A stretch of DNA of 64,000 nt from Felis catus. Lineage: Eukaryota. The stretch is taken from the NCBI RefSeq assembly GCF_018350175.1, contig NC_058368.1:67272001-67336000 (forward strand), given 5' to 3'. The position numbers and the translations under genes are program-made. Shown here one piece after another: positions 1 to 12,688 of this stretch (its first letter is position 1; the number at the start of each line of letters is the position of its first letter). The notes below the pieces were generated by a model that worked only from the letters and a program-made list of their open reading frames with translations, had not been told where the DNA came from and ran no database searches.

Positions 1-1963
1 TGGTCAGGTTGAATGAATGGGTGCAAGGACAGGACCACAGGGGCTGGCCGCCATCCTCGGTGCCATCACTGAGCCTATCTGGGGGTCTACCAGGCCCGTG
101 TCTCTGCTTCCTGTCCCAAAGCATGGTGTGCTAGAAGTTGTGAGGCGTCTTAGGAACCCAGTAACCACCCTCATCAAAAGGGAGTGTCTAATTCGGTGCT
201 TCTTGCTCTTAGGAATCATGCTGGCTCCTGACAGGACCTTCTTTCTTTACTAAGAGCAAACCATCTCTTTAATTATCTATTCTAGAATTTACCTGGGGTT
301 TGCTACCAAGCTTTCCAGTGGCATTTCTGGCATTTGGGACATTTCCGTGATCCCCACCCTTCTCCCTGATCTTGTTTTCCTTCGCTGTAAGATCACATAG
401 GGTCCTCTCATTCAGATGTTAACATTAGGAGAAATCTCAGGCACCATTCACAATGTTCTCTTTGGGCCATCGAAAACAGCCTGCATTCGAAAGGTGAACT
501 GAGAAATCAGAATGAGATCAAAACGACTCTGATTATTCTAATTATTTGAACAGACTCACTCTCTGAGGATTTTCTATACTGTGAGTGGTTCTGGGCTGAG
601 TCCGCCTCTTGGTAGTCAATGGCTGGGAGATATGGATGTGGCTGTGGGTCTTGTCCATAAATCACGCAGCCACGTGTGGCCACGGTCAGCGGAAAAAAGA
701 CCTCTCCAGCTCCTCATCTGCTGGATTCTGGAGACTGGCGGGACCGCATGGCCATTTCTGTGAGGGTTCAAGTTTCTGCACGTTATGAGCAATCGGTAGA
801 AAGTGCAGGGTAAACAGAAAGTGCCATTCACTGACAGCAGAGCCTAAATTACAAGCCCTAACCTTCTCGAGATAGCTGGGTACTGGCTGGGTTATCTGTA
901 TTACAAAACAGGTCTGAGGATGATTGCTTTGGAAATAGTCCCGCTTTTATGTGTCTTACTTTATTTTAACTCACACGGTGGAGATGAGGAGTGGAAAATC
1001 ATTTTCTAACAATAAGCTATTTCCTTCCTGGGATTTTTTTTTTCTGTCAGGATTTTCTCTTAGTTACCCGGTTCCCCAACCCCACACACATCCTGCCACT
1101 CTGCTGTATTTCCTTAGCTTCATAAAGTATTTGTGATTCTCTTTTATTACGAACTTAATTCACAGGTCTTCTCTTCCTATTTATAAATCTTGACTCGCCC
1201 TTTAATCAGCATGTATTTATTTATTACCTTTTAACCTCTCTTATGTCTCATGACTTTTATTTTGTTTTTCCTGTATGTAAAAGTGATGCTCTCCACTGTA
1301 CCAGTGTGTGGGGACCAAGGCTATCGTCGTACATTTGTGCCCCAATTCAAGTGCAGTCCAGGCAGAAATCAGACTTTTTCAGGGGTCCTGCTCTCAATAT
1401 TTTGGAGCTTCCCTGGTGATGCTTGTAATCATCTCCTCATCTCCTACCTGCTGTTTTCCTATGTTTTCTATGCAGTTGTGGCTTCTAGAGAGACCCCTGC
1501 TTCCCTCTCCCCACGGCATTGCTGTGCATAAGCTCCTCCCCCTTAGAATTCCCCTGCCATCTTTTCTCCCTCAAGGTCATATTTCCAGCACTGCTGGCCT
1601 CGCATGTCCCTGTATCTACTCTGTCTCCTTCTCTCCTCCCTCCCTGTGTTAACTTTAGGTAGACTGTCCCAAGGATCCCAAGACTGGTAGCAATTTCAGT
1701 TCACCTCGGGGTACACGTTTCTCACAAAATACACCCGCAGCCAGGATGGTGAAGTCAGGAGATGGCTCATGTTGGGGCCACGTTGGGCCAGGACCCTGCA
1801 ATCCTAACAATTTAAAGAAGCCTGATGCTGGGACCAGGTCATGGCCTTAGGCTCTTCTCCCTCTCTCCCCACCCTTTTTGGGGTTGACTGCAGGCTGGGA
1901 AGGAAACTGTTGCCCTTTTTGCAGTCTGGCAACAGTCTGGGGGCTCAGTGATGGTAGTAGAGG

Positions 1964-1966
<3 letters not shown>

Positions 1967-2009
<43 letters not shown>
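1967..2009. repeat. (GT)n microsatellite
   Basis: Directly visible; others at ~10834-10868 and ~55551-55586. Confidence 0.98.
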
Positions 2010-2013
<4 letters not shown>

Positions 2014-2839
2014 GAAGATGTAGAGAGGCTGTCAGGGTCCCAGTTCCTTTCAGAAAACTTGGTCCAGTGAAAACTTGTGGATCTGAATAGACACTGATGG
2101 CAAAGAGTGCTGTCCAGCTCTGTGTGCCTGCAGTATGTGATTTTTAAATGCAAAGGGATATTTTGGGGGCAGTGTGGTACCTAATTCCATCCCCCCTTCA
2201 TAATCAAGTTTGAATTTCAAGCCTGCAAGTCCAGTTAAAACAAAAGTCATTTTACAGAAATCCCTGGCTTGTTGATTTTTTTCTGCTAGTGGGACTTTCC
2301 TGCCTTCTCTATAGTTTGTTCTGTACTGCCTGGACTCTGGAGCCACAAAAGAAGTTGAATATTCCCATTTCTGGAGGCTTCGATGATTCCTGGGCTTACC
2401 CTGTCTTCATACATCTTTTTGTGGTTCTCTGAGCCTGTGTTCCACCTGGTTCCCAGGAAACAGGCCACAGGAACGGGCTCAGGCAGTGGCCTCATTACTA
2501 TTAAAAAGCTGCCTCCCTTCTCTCCCTAGGGACCAACTGGGCAAGTAAAGCCAAGGGCCTCCAAGGACACGGGTCCCTTGATTTTCTCTGCCTTGGGCCT
2601 CCCCTCCATGAAGCCTGTGATCTCCTAGGGAACTGGCGCCCCTCCCCCAGCCTTTCCCTTCTTTGCTGTATTTGATAATGAATTTGAATATTGGAGGAAT
2701 ATTTCCACCATTTTTTGTGCTATCCACAATGCAGTGACTGTAGACATGTCACATTTTGAAGTCTGATCTGCATTTGAAACACTTTCTCTATCATTTTCTT
2801 AAGACAAGAAAATGAAAACATCGAACTAAGTCTAGGTTT

Positions 2840-3410
2840 GCAGCACTTGCCAATCTCTGTGGTGTAAATGGTGTAAATACTCCTAACATGGCAATGTCAA
2901 GCTACCCACATGATGTTCTTGAACACAGAGTTGGGAAGATACGTGCACTGGCACAAAGTCGTGTGGATGTAATAGACCTGAAAGCCTCCAGAGCATAGAG
3001 AATGATTTAGGAAGTGATGTGTTTTGAGTATTTATTACCTTTGTCTTCAAGATAACTTATTTCATTGTAACTTTACATACTATTTTATTTTATTTTATTT
3101 TATTTTATTAGAGAGAGAGAGAGCATGTGGGTGGGGGAAAGGGCCAGAAGGAGAGAGACAGAGACAGAGACAGAGAGACAGAGAGAGAATCTAGAGCAGG
3201 TTCCATGCTCAGCATGGAGCCCAACTCAGGACTCGATACCACGACCCTGGGATCATGATCTGAGTCAAAATCAAGAGTTGGATGCTCAGCCAACTGAACC
3301 ACCCAGGTGACCCAATCTTTTTTAAAGGCTGCGTTTAAAAATGGGCATGCAAAGTTCCTGAAAATTTAACAATTGGCTCTCGAGAGCTGGTATGAGCCGG
3401 GGAAGCCAGC
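2840..3410. mobile_element. MER63-family hAT element (split by a SINE)
   Basis: tggtgtaaatactcc...caagctacc...gagttgggaaga...ggctctcgagagctggtatgagccgg. Related copies at ~33780-33916 and ~37130-37341. Confidence 0.78.
3081..3313 (-). mobile_element. Can-SINE inserted in a MER63 element
   Basis: (TATTT)n tail, GA tract and tRNA-like head in reverse orientation. Confidence 0.9.
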
Positions 3411-4003
3411 CTCAGTATATGGCAGGTTACGGAGGAATGTACTGTATCTCCCTTGGACTTAAATCTAGCAGGACAGGCTCCAGCCTCATTGCCTTTGTTT
3501 TCCCTTTACCATCTTACACATAGCAGGTACAATATGACAACATGGAAGCCAGCCAGAGAAAATATGCTTCCTCCTTTGGATCTGCCTCACAGGTGACAGC
3601 ACTTTTCCTATGGCTCCGGTTTCACACTACTTTGTCTCACTATCACCAGTACATCTGCTTCATTTCTCCTGCTACATGCTAGCTTCTTGCAGCTTGGAAC
3701 TCAGTCTTGATCATGGTCCTGGACTCCCGGGATCCAGGACATATTAGACCTCCTCATTCCTTGATCTTTTCAATGATGGACAGTTTACCTTTGTCCAATC
3801 ACAATTCACCTCACTTTCCATTGTTCTCTTGGATTCCTTCCTACCCAGAAACCCTGCAAGTCCTATGTTTCACATTTGGGAATTGAGCCCCTACTATGTG
3901 CTACCTATTGTTCTGGGCACTGGAGACACAGCAGAAAACAAGACAAAGGTCTTTGTCCTCATGGAGCTCAGGTTCCAGTGTGAGCAAGAGGACATGAGGA
4001 GGG

Positions 4004-4337
4004 TGCAATGGTCTGAATGAATGTTTGTGTCCCCTCACCCTGAAATTCTTATGTTGACTCCTGACCCCCAACGTGACGGTATTAGGAGGCAGGACCTTTG
4101 GAAGGTGATTAGTGAAAGGATTTGAAGGGATTAGTGCCCTTATGAGCCAGGAGCTCTTTGTTCTCCTCCATGTGAGGGTACAGTGAGAGGTCAGCAACCA
4201 GGAAGCGATCTCTCAGCAGACCTGCCCGTGTGGTACCCTGATCTCAGACTTCCAGCTTTTGGAACAGTCAGAAATAAATTTCCATTGATAATCCACCCTG
4301 TCCGTGGTACTTCGTTACAGCACTTGGAACTAAGACA
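4004..4337 (+). mobile_element. MaLR solo LTR (MLT1A-like)
   Basis: tg...atggtctgaatg...gggattagtgcccttat...cagacttccagc...gaaataaattt...actaagaca. Confidence 0.85.
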
Positions 4338-6420
4338 TGGGGACAGTGGAACAGCCCTCAAAATGCCATCAGTGTCATCATCATCCTTTCTGTGTGAATG
4401 TTCAGCGGCCTTAGCTACCTTAACCTTTTCAGGAACACTGCATCATGGCATTTCTGCTGCTTTCCATACTTTGTTTCATTGAATCTTGAAGAACTATTGT
4501 TTGAGAAACAAGAAGCAAGGTTGGGCCATAGATGGGTGAAATGCATTTTTTTCTCAATATGTTTCAGAACTATAGGAACATTTGGTTCTACTTGTCTATT
4601 AGTTTTTGCTAAAGGTAATTCCTCCAAAAGCCACATGGGCTGACAGCATTGCTCAAAGGAAAACGTACACCTGATATACTGTACTAAGGATTATTTCCTA
4701 TAGCCCCTAATGGAAAAATATGTCTTAAAAATTCTCTTCCTGTAGCCTACTGGCTAGCGGCCATGGAATCCAATCCAACCAAAACACACATGTCCTATCC
4801 TGGGGTGCAGTGTGACTTGTTAGACTTCCCCCACAAAGAATGTTCAACATCTTCACAAAGGTGCAAGGAAATTGTTCATATTTATTTCTTTGTGAAGTTT
4901 TTGATTAGATTAAACACCAATATAAGTTGAATTTAAACTAATGGTAAATTTTTTAATAAAAAAACAAATTCTAAGCTCCTGAAGAAAAGAAACAGTAACT
5001 TATATTTCTACCTATATTGCACAGTACTTCCCTAGCTCAGAGCGTGGCAAAAATAAGGGCTCTGTAAGTTCATTTGTTGGATGAATGAATTTATTTATTC
5101 ATGAATAAATTCTTTATTCATGAATGAACTTATTTATTCACTCATTACTTTTCTTCCTTCCCTTGCATTTTATCTGCTGTTTTCTTTATTCTTTTGACTC
5201 AGTAATACTTTTCATATCATTTTCAATAAGAGAGCTGAATAAATGCATATTGACCTGAATTGAAAAGAGAAATGGAAACAGACAGAAAATCTCTAGCAAA
5301 TTGGACCAAAAATCTCCCAGTGAGTTGCAAATTAATCCAGTGAAATATTCTGGATGTTTTGGATGAGGGAATTCTAGCCCAGACAGGTCACACTCTCTTA
5401 CTAACCTCGGGTCTGGTTGAAGGAAGAGCCCTCTAATCCAAAACATCCTGCGACTTTAATTTAATTTATGAAGCAACATATTGTGCCAGTGAAGTTGGGC
5501 TTGGAGATGACTTAGCAGAAAGTCTCCAGTTTGATACTGAAAACAGATGCCATCTGACGCAGCAAGAAGGACGGTGTCAGGCCAAACCGTCAGAGACAGG
5601 TGCAAACAAGCCAGAGGTGGCTTTTATTTAACATGATGTTAGAAGCAATAAAAGTTTGTGTCACCTGGGGTTAAACTTTAATTTCACATCCTTTAAATAC
5701 AAGCCACACATCTTGCTATCTGCACAGCTAGTAGATCCGCTAGCCATCTCTACACATTCGCCTTACTTTTTGAAACCCAATTTATTTTTAGGTTCCGCCA
5801 GCTCTCCTTTCCTATCTTTTACATCTGTCTAAAAGTCTTAAATTTGAAGGCAAGGTTGAAACAGAAGGGAGAATAACGATGGAGCTGATGTACACGCAGG
5901 TAAGACACGCAGAGACCCTAGATGCTACCAGGCTGTGAACAGCAGGTCCCCAACCAAACTCCTCATGTTCCCCCACAAAAACACTTCCTTTCTAGCCTCC
6001 CTTGTGTTGCCATGCCCTCCAACCTCTCCTCTGTCTCCCAGTAGCATTTTATTGTGCCCATCTTGTATCTGGCTCTATTGTTGTCATCCATGCATTTATC
6101 TACTTGAGGACGGTATCTTAAACCTGGAAGAGAATGGCAGGTCTGATGCCTGGTCACCTCCACATCTCTGGAGATGACTCTGGCTTCCCCCATAAATAGG
6201 GGCTCAAAAACCAGTTGTTGAGCTAAATTAAATCCTTAGAGTTTCATAAATTTAACAAAATCTGCTTCTGATGAAACAACCATCTTCTACAATGTGGAGT
6301 TAGTTTTGGATGCAAATGGATCCTCTTTCTTTAAAAGGCCAGGTGTGCGGCTCAGGGAAGACCAAAGCAAAGTTGTCTGGGGTTCTGTGCTTTGCATGTT
6401 CTTTTTTCCAAATATTTTAT

Positions 6421-6523
6421 TTTTTAATATTTTATGTAATCTGTACCCCCAGTGTGGGGCTCGAACTCATGAGCCCGAGATCAAGAGTCACATGCTCTGC
6501 TGACTGAGCCAGCCAGGTTCCCC
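6421..6523 (-). mobile_element. Older short Can-SINE lacking the CT tract
   Basis: gtaatctgtacccccagtgtggggctcgaactcatgag...gagccagccagg pattern. Similar copies at 29450-29564, 36820-36921, 46897-47024 and 58845-58964. Confidence 0.85.
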
Positions 6524-6959
6524 TCTGCACATTCTTGATAACTGATAGGAGAGCCTTGGTTGTCTGTTTGACCTTCTACTTGGCCAAGCACATAGGGGCA
6601 TTCCCTGTTGCTACCACTGTTTGTTCTATTCTATTCAAGCTTCAAATACTCTGCAGGTAGAAATTACCTTGATTCCTCCCAGCTAACAGATACCATTTTT
6701 TGGCCCTCAGTTTTCCTGGAAATGCCACTACTAGCCTCGAATTTGAATGGTTTCCAAATAAAAATCCCTCCCAAATAGGAAACATAGCCTGGATTTGTAG
6801 TTATGGTATCTGACCCTTTTCCCTCCTGGTGGCCTCGTGGGAAGCCAGACTCCCTGAAACAAAGCAGCCATTAACGTGCGAGTATGCACAGAGATCTCTC
6901 TCATCTCATAAGGGTCTGATAAAAATGGGTTGGCATATGAATTAGCATGGGCAGAAAAT

Positions 6960-7440
6960 CACTAGGTAACAAACACCCATAGGTCCTCTTGGCCAATAGC
7001 CATAAATATTCATTTCCTGCACCTGTGATGTTTAGCCAGTCTGAGCTGGGCTCAGTTGGGTGGCTCTGCTGATCTCAGCTGGGGATCTCATTTACTCCTC
7101 TGGGGGTCTGATGGGGGTTGGCTGATCTTAGGTGGGACTGGTTAGAGTAATTTGGTTTTGCTCTACCTCTCCATCCCCTACAACTGGGCGGCTCATCTGG
7201 GCGTACCTTTTTCATAGCGAAAGCAGAACGGAACAAGCTGGCAAGTGGTTTTGTAAGCCTCTTCTTATGTCATATCTTTTGACATCCTCTTGGCCAAAGC
7301 AAGTCATATGGCTGAACTTAGAGTGACAGGATGGAGAAATACAATCCTCATTGTGACGGAAGACACTGCAAAATAAGGGTGTCCAAGGGCTTGGTTATAA
7401 GAAGTGATGAGTTGGAGCCATCAGTGCAATATGTCACAGT
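6960..7440 (-). mobile_element. Old MaLR LTR (MLT1G/H-like)
   Basis: gctgggctcagttgggtggctctgctg...ttggccaaagcaagtcatatggc. Confidence 0.7.
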
Positions 7441-7957
7441 TGGAAGAACATTTAGCAGTGACCTCCATTCATCTCCTTTCCTTTCTTGATGTTTTGTATT
7501 CTTTGCTTTTTTCAAGTAATAATAGCATGACCTTGAGTGAAAAAAAAATCAGCTACAATAATCCAGTACCTCTTTTCTTTACCATTCCACAAGTCCTCAA
7601 TGTCTACCCCTCACAAGGGAATTGTTGAGTAAAGGGAAGGACTCTACTGAAGGCCCTTATTTATGCCAAAGATCACTTTACTTTTTTTCCTTATCATTGA
7701 TCCCCATTTACTCTCCAAACTTTTTTAGCTTTTCTTGTTTTATGGTCAAATCTCCAGAATTCTACCTTTGCGTTCTTTCCATGCTCGGACCCTATGTCTC
7801 CGTGTTGTTTGCACGACTGTTTTCCTGACCTACTAATGGTTTATGAAGCCCAGCTTTCCCTGGGAGGTCTGAACTATTCCATGAAAAAAAAAACCTCTGA
7901 AATGAAACAATGTCAACTTCCCAAGCCAAATTCCTGAAGGTAACTTGCTTTAAAAAA

Positions 7958-8168
7958 GATTTTTTTTTAACATTTATTCATTTTTTGAGAGTCAGAGAGA
8001 GCACAAGCAGGGGAGGGGCAGAGAGAAGGGGAGACCCAGAATCCGAAGCAGGCTCCAGGCTCTGAGCTGTCATCACAGAGCCCAATGTAGGGCATGAACT
8101 CATGAAACGCGAGATCACGACCTGAGCCGAAGTCGGACACTTAACCGACTGAGCCACCCAGGCGCCCC
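7958..8168 (-). mobile_element. Can-SINE
   Basis: Full body; TSD ggtaacttgcttt. Confidence 0.93.
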
Positions 8169-8795
8169 GGTAACTTGCTTTTTACATCAAAGTGAACCAT
8201 TCCTGTCACAGCGCAAATGCTTGAGCACTGTGTCCTTCTGTGCGATACAGAACAGAAGAATCCACTCTTTATAAAACACTTTACATGTGGGATTTAAACT
8301 CGCTTACCAGGTTGGGTCTTTTTTTCCTCCACATCCCTGTAAAATGGTCACAAGCTCTCCACATTTTCACGGTGTCTAAAATATACACAGAAAGCATTTA
8401 CCCATGCCTAGGATGTCTTGTGGGTTGGTGGGGAAGGATAAAGGGACAGGGATGCGGTGGGAGGCCTTCGTAAATGATCACAACTGAGGGAACAACTGTG
8501 AAGGGTGTAGAAAGGGCAGGAGGGTTACCAAATATCTTTTCGGGGGAATGTTGGATTATGATCCTTTGCAGGACTGTGTTAAGCCCTTGTCTTTCCTAGG
8601 CTATTTTACAACTCCAGGAAGGTAGAGGTTAACTTGTAGAAACAGTCATACAAGGGATTCCTGTTCATGGCAATACAAACAATCCCTGCTCAAGGCAATA
8701 CAAAAGAATCTTGTCAGGTAGAGACTATAAAAACCAGGTGTAATGTTTTACTGATTCCTTCATAAATTAATAATAATTAATAATAAAAAACTCAT

Positions 8796-9010
8796 GGGGC
8801 ACCTGGGTGGCTCAGTTGGTTAAGTGACCCACTTTTGATTTCAACTCGTCATAATCTCACAATTGTGAGTCTGAGCCCCAGGTCCAGCTCTGTGCCAACT
8901 GTGAGGAGCCTTCTTGGGATTCTCTTTCCCTCTCTCTGCCCCTCCACTCATGCTCTCTTTCTTTCTCTTGCTCTCAAAATAAATAAATAAACTCAAAAAA
9001 AATTTATAAA
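8796..9010 (+). mobile_element. Can-SINE
   Basis: ggggcacctgggtggctcagttggttaag head, CT tract and aaaataaataaa tail. Confidence 0.9.
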
Positions 9011-9084
9011 AATAATAAAGAATGATGGCCTTTTAATATTTGCATGAGAGTCATGATTTTACTTATTTTTCTTTTTGGTTTTAG

Positions 9085-9343
9085 TTTTTTTTTTTTTTAT
9101 TTTTTTACATTTATTTATTTATTTTTGAGAGACAGAGAGAGGCAGAACACAAGTGGGGGAGGGGCAGAGAGAGAATGAGACACAGAATCCGAAGCAGGCT
9201 CCAGGCTCCAGGTTCCGAGCTGACAGCACAGAGCCTGGAGCCTGCTTCAGATTCTGTCTCGCTCTCTGTCTGCTCCTCCTCCGCTCATGTTCTGTCTCTC
9301 TCCTTCAAAAATAAATAAAAACATTAAAAAAAAATAAAAAAAA
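9085..9343. mobile_element. Headless palindromic fusion of two Can-SINE 3' halves
   Basis: A minus-strand tail and body switches at 9211-9235 into a plus-strand body and tail; no A/B-box head is present. Confidence 0.88.
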
Positions 9344-9625
9344 TCACTACCACTAAATAAATATGACTTAAATGGGAACCCTCCCCATGAGATAGAGGAG
9401 GAGAGCTAAAATCATATGGTTTAGGAGCAAATAGAAATATATTCATAATAGACAAAAAGGAGTAGGTTTTGACTGGTGCCTTAATATTCCGTGTGCTCCT
9501 CAGTCTTACTCCAACCCCAGCTGAATTAGTTTTAAGTGTCAATATCGAAATATCAAAATTATTTTATCCATAAATATTTTAATCTTTATCTGAAAAAATA
9601 AGGACTTTTAAAAGTATAGGCTCGT

Positions 9626-9846
9626 GGGGCGCCTGGGTGGCGCAGTCGGTTAAGCATCCGACTTCAGCCAGGTCACGATCTCGCGGTCCGTGAGTTCGAG
9701 CCCCGCGTCGGGCTCTGGGCTGATGGCTCAGAGCCTGGAGCCTGTTTCCGATTCTGTGTCTCCCTCTCTCTCTGCCCCTCCCCCGTTCATGCTGTGTCTC
9801 TCTCTGTCTCAAAAATAAATAAAACGTTAAAAAAAAATTAAAAAAA
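9626..9846 (+). mobile_element. Young felid Can-SINE (SINEC_Fc-type)
   Basis: ggggcgcctgggtggcgcagtcggttaag head, CpGs retained, CT tract and A tail. Perfect 16-bp TSD aaaagtataggctcgt at 9610-9625 and 9847-9862. Confidence 0.96.
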
Positions 9847-9959
9847 AAAAGTATAGGCTCGTAAACACCATTGCACCCTTCACATTTATGGTATTTCCAT
9901 AACTCCATCAAATATCCAGGCAATGTTCTGAATATCTCTGATTCTCTCATAAATTAGTT

Positions 9960-10831
9960 TTTTTTTTTTTTACAATTAGTTTGTCCAAATCAGGATCCAA
10001 ATAAGGCCCGTATATTGCACTGAGTTGATGTCTCTTAAATCTCTTTTAATCATAGGTTCCCCATCCCTCTTTCTTTTTTATGCAAGTTATTTATTGAAGA
10101 GCAATAATTTCTACAAGCCTGTAGAATGTCCTATACTCTTTTTTTGTTGTTGATTATCTCTCTGTGGGGATGTAATTCCTATAACCATTTGCCTTAATCC
10201 ATTATTTCACTAGAGGTTGCAAAATAGTGATATTCCAATTGTAGTATCCCTCTGTATGTATTAGCTTAAATTCTTCTAAAAGAAGAAATTTACTTCATAA
10301 ACTGTTTGGTTACCTTGTATAACAACTTTAGTATAGTTCTGTAGAAGAAAGAATCAAGCAATTATTTTGCTTCCCCCCCCCCCCAGTTTTTTACACATTT
10401 ATTTATTTATTTATTTATTTATTTAAGTATACCCTTAAAATTTTTGTTTGTTTGTTTTTATTAAGTAATCTCTATACCCAATATGGGCCTTGAGCTCATG
10501 ACCCTGAGATCAAGAATCAAATGCTCCAGGGGTGCCAGGGTGGCTCAGTCAATTAAGCATTGGACTTTGACTCAGGTCATGATCTTGCGTTTGTGGGTTC
10601 GAGCCCCACATTGGGCTCTGTGCTGACAGCTCAGAGCCTAGAGCCTGCTTCAGAGTCTATGTTTCCCTCTCTCTCTGCCCCTCCCCTGCTCGTGCTCTCT
10701 CTCTCTCTCAAAAATAAATAAACATTAAAAAAAATTTTTTTAATGAAGGAATCACACGTTCCACTGATTGTACCAGCCAGGTGACCCCCCTAGTTTTTAA
10801 AATAATGAGTTGGATTCCTAGTTTCCTTCAA

Positions 10832-10872
<41 letters not shown>

Positions 10873-11215
10873 AATTGTATGAATTCACAGATTTTTAACA
10901 TATTCAATGCGTTTCAATCCTTTGCAGTTGTTATTGTTTCTGGTGCTGAAATTGTATAATCTCTAGCCTATGGGCTCTTCAACTTGGTTCCTAAGCCTTT
11001 TGGGCATGATTCTGTAGTCTTTGGTAACTTCCTTGCTTGCTGCTTTGACAAGATGTTCCAAGTTCATCCCTGAACCCAAATTAATCAGCCATTTCTCCAA
11101 GGAGTTCTGTTCCTTTTAGCGGGAAATGGTGTTTAGAAAGCACACTCTGGGGGCTAAGGGTGCTCATTGCTATCAGTTAGTCAAGGTGTCAAGGCCTTTT
11201 CAACAGGCAGAGCTA
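9960..11215 (-). mobile_element. Ancient L1 (L1MC/ME-like) 3' fragments
   Basis: tcaggatccaaataagg...tcagccatttctccaaggag...ggggctaagggtgctcattgcta pattern. Confidence 0.6.
10455..10790. mobile_element. Old minus-strand SINE interrupted by a plus-strand Can-SINE (10529-10745)
   Basis: The host resumes after the insert; diverged TSD aagaatcaaatgctcca / aggaatcacacgttcca. Confidence 0.87.
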
Positions 11216-11220
11216 AAAAG

Positions 11221-11429
11221 AATTTTATTTATTTATTTTGAGACAGAGACAGAGAGTGTGTGCACACACGTCGGGGAGGGGGCAGAGAGAGAAGTGGAGA
11301 GAGGATCCAAAGCAGGCTCTGCACTGTCAGCGCTAGCCCAATTCCCAGGTCGAATTCACAAACTATGAGATCATGACCTGAGCCGAAATCAAGTCAGATG
11401 CTCAACCTACGAAGCCACCCAGGCACCCC
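11221..11429 (-). mobile_element. Can-SINE
   Basis: TSD taaaaagaatttt. Confidence 0.92.
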
Positions 11430-12459
11430 TAAAAAGAATTTTTTAAACCAAAAAACATACTTATTCTTAATAATATTTCTTTTTTTCCTCACTAATATTT
11501 CTAATTTAAATTTAGCATACAGGATTTTGATCCGATATTTATATATTTTTTTCTTGCACTGAAAATCTTGGTTCCTAATTAAAAAAAATACTTAATTTCC
11601 TTAGCTACTAAATATATTATTGTTTCATAATAACTGTACCTGACTATCAGGAAATATCATAATATCAAGGGGGAAATCGTGTTAAAAAGTAATTACTGAC
11701 AATCATTTGAGATTTCTTTGCAGTTCGGGGTGTTTCTTTTTTTTCCTCTTGGTATATACCCTACCAGGACTGTATGGTCTAATTACTGTGGTTTAAAAAT
11801 AGAAACATTTAAAAAGTCTAGATTCAACTGACAGCTCGGGAATGTTGGCCAACATTGAAGGTAGAAATGAGAGGTTATGAGCTTAATGATGTAGCCAACT
11901 ATTAACTCAAGTTTCTGCTAATTCAGGGAAGGGTATGTACATAGTTACATTTACCATAATTGCTTTAACTTAACCATCTCCATTTAGTAGGAGTTAGACT
12001 CTTGCTAATGATCAATTACCCTGAGAGTTCATTTCACTCATGAGGCTTTGGTCTTTAGGCGGAAAGGGCAAAGTCCAAGAACCAAGGAGGGTTGGCTACT
12101 GAACCTTACAGGTCATCTGATTGAATTACCTCTGTTTGCAGAGGAGGAAACTAAGATCCATCAGAGTCTAACATGTAATTTGCCTACATGGCACAGCTGG
12201 TTAGTGGCAGGGCAGGGACAGAAACCATCTGCCATCTCCATTCCACGTCACTGCGCCCTGCTCCCTTGTTCTCCCAGGTCAGTGCTGAAGGATATGGTCA
12301 TTCTTGCCACAAGCAAAGGAGGTCCATTCTGAAAGTTTAATCTCAAGACTCAAGATAATAAGTGTTTATGAGAATTTGCTCAGTCATTTGGTAAATATTT
12401 AGTAGTTGGTTCTGAGTACGTGGTAAGACAGCCTTTATTGTCTACTTTTGTTTTTGCTT

Positions 12460-12519
12460 ATTTTTTATTTTTTAATGTTTATTTTTGAGAGAGAAAGAGA
12501 CAGAACACCAGCAGAGAAG

Positions 12520-12562
<43 letters not shown>

Positions 12563-12688
12563 CCAAAGCAGGCTCAAGGCTCTAAGCTGTCAGCACAGAG
12601 CCAGATGTGGGGTTCGAACTCACAAACTGTGAGATCATGACCTGAGCTGAAGGCCAATGCTTAACCAACTGAGCCACCCACGTGCCCC
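12460..12688 (-). mobile_element. Can-SINE with expanded (GA)n
   Basis: Reverse SINE body. Confidence 0.92.

Noticed and set aside
9626..9710. tRNA-like A box/B box sequences at SINE heads
   Set aside because: They are the tRNA-derived promoters of SINEs, followed by SINE body, tail and TSD; not tRNA genes.
9579..9950. 123-aa ORF and many similar ones (RERGRHRI..., MAQSVKHL...)
   Set aside because: Translations of Can-SINE bodies and GA/CT tracts.
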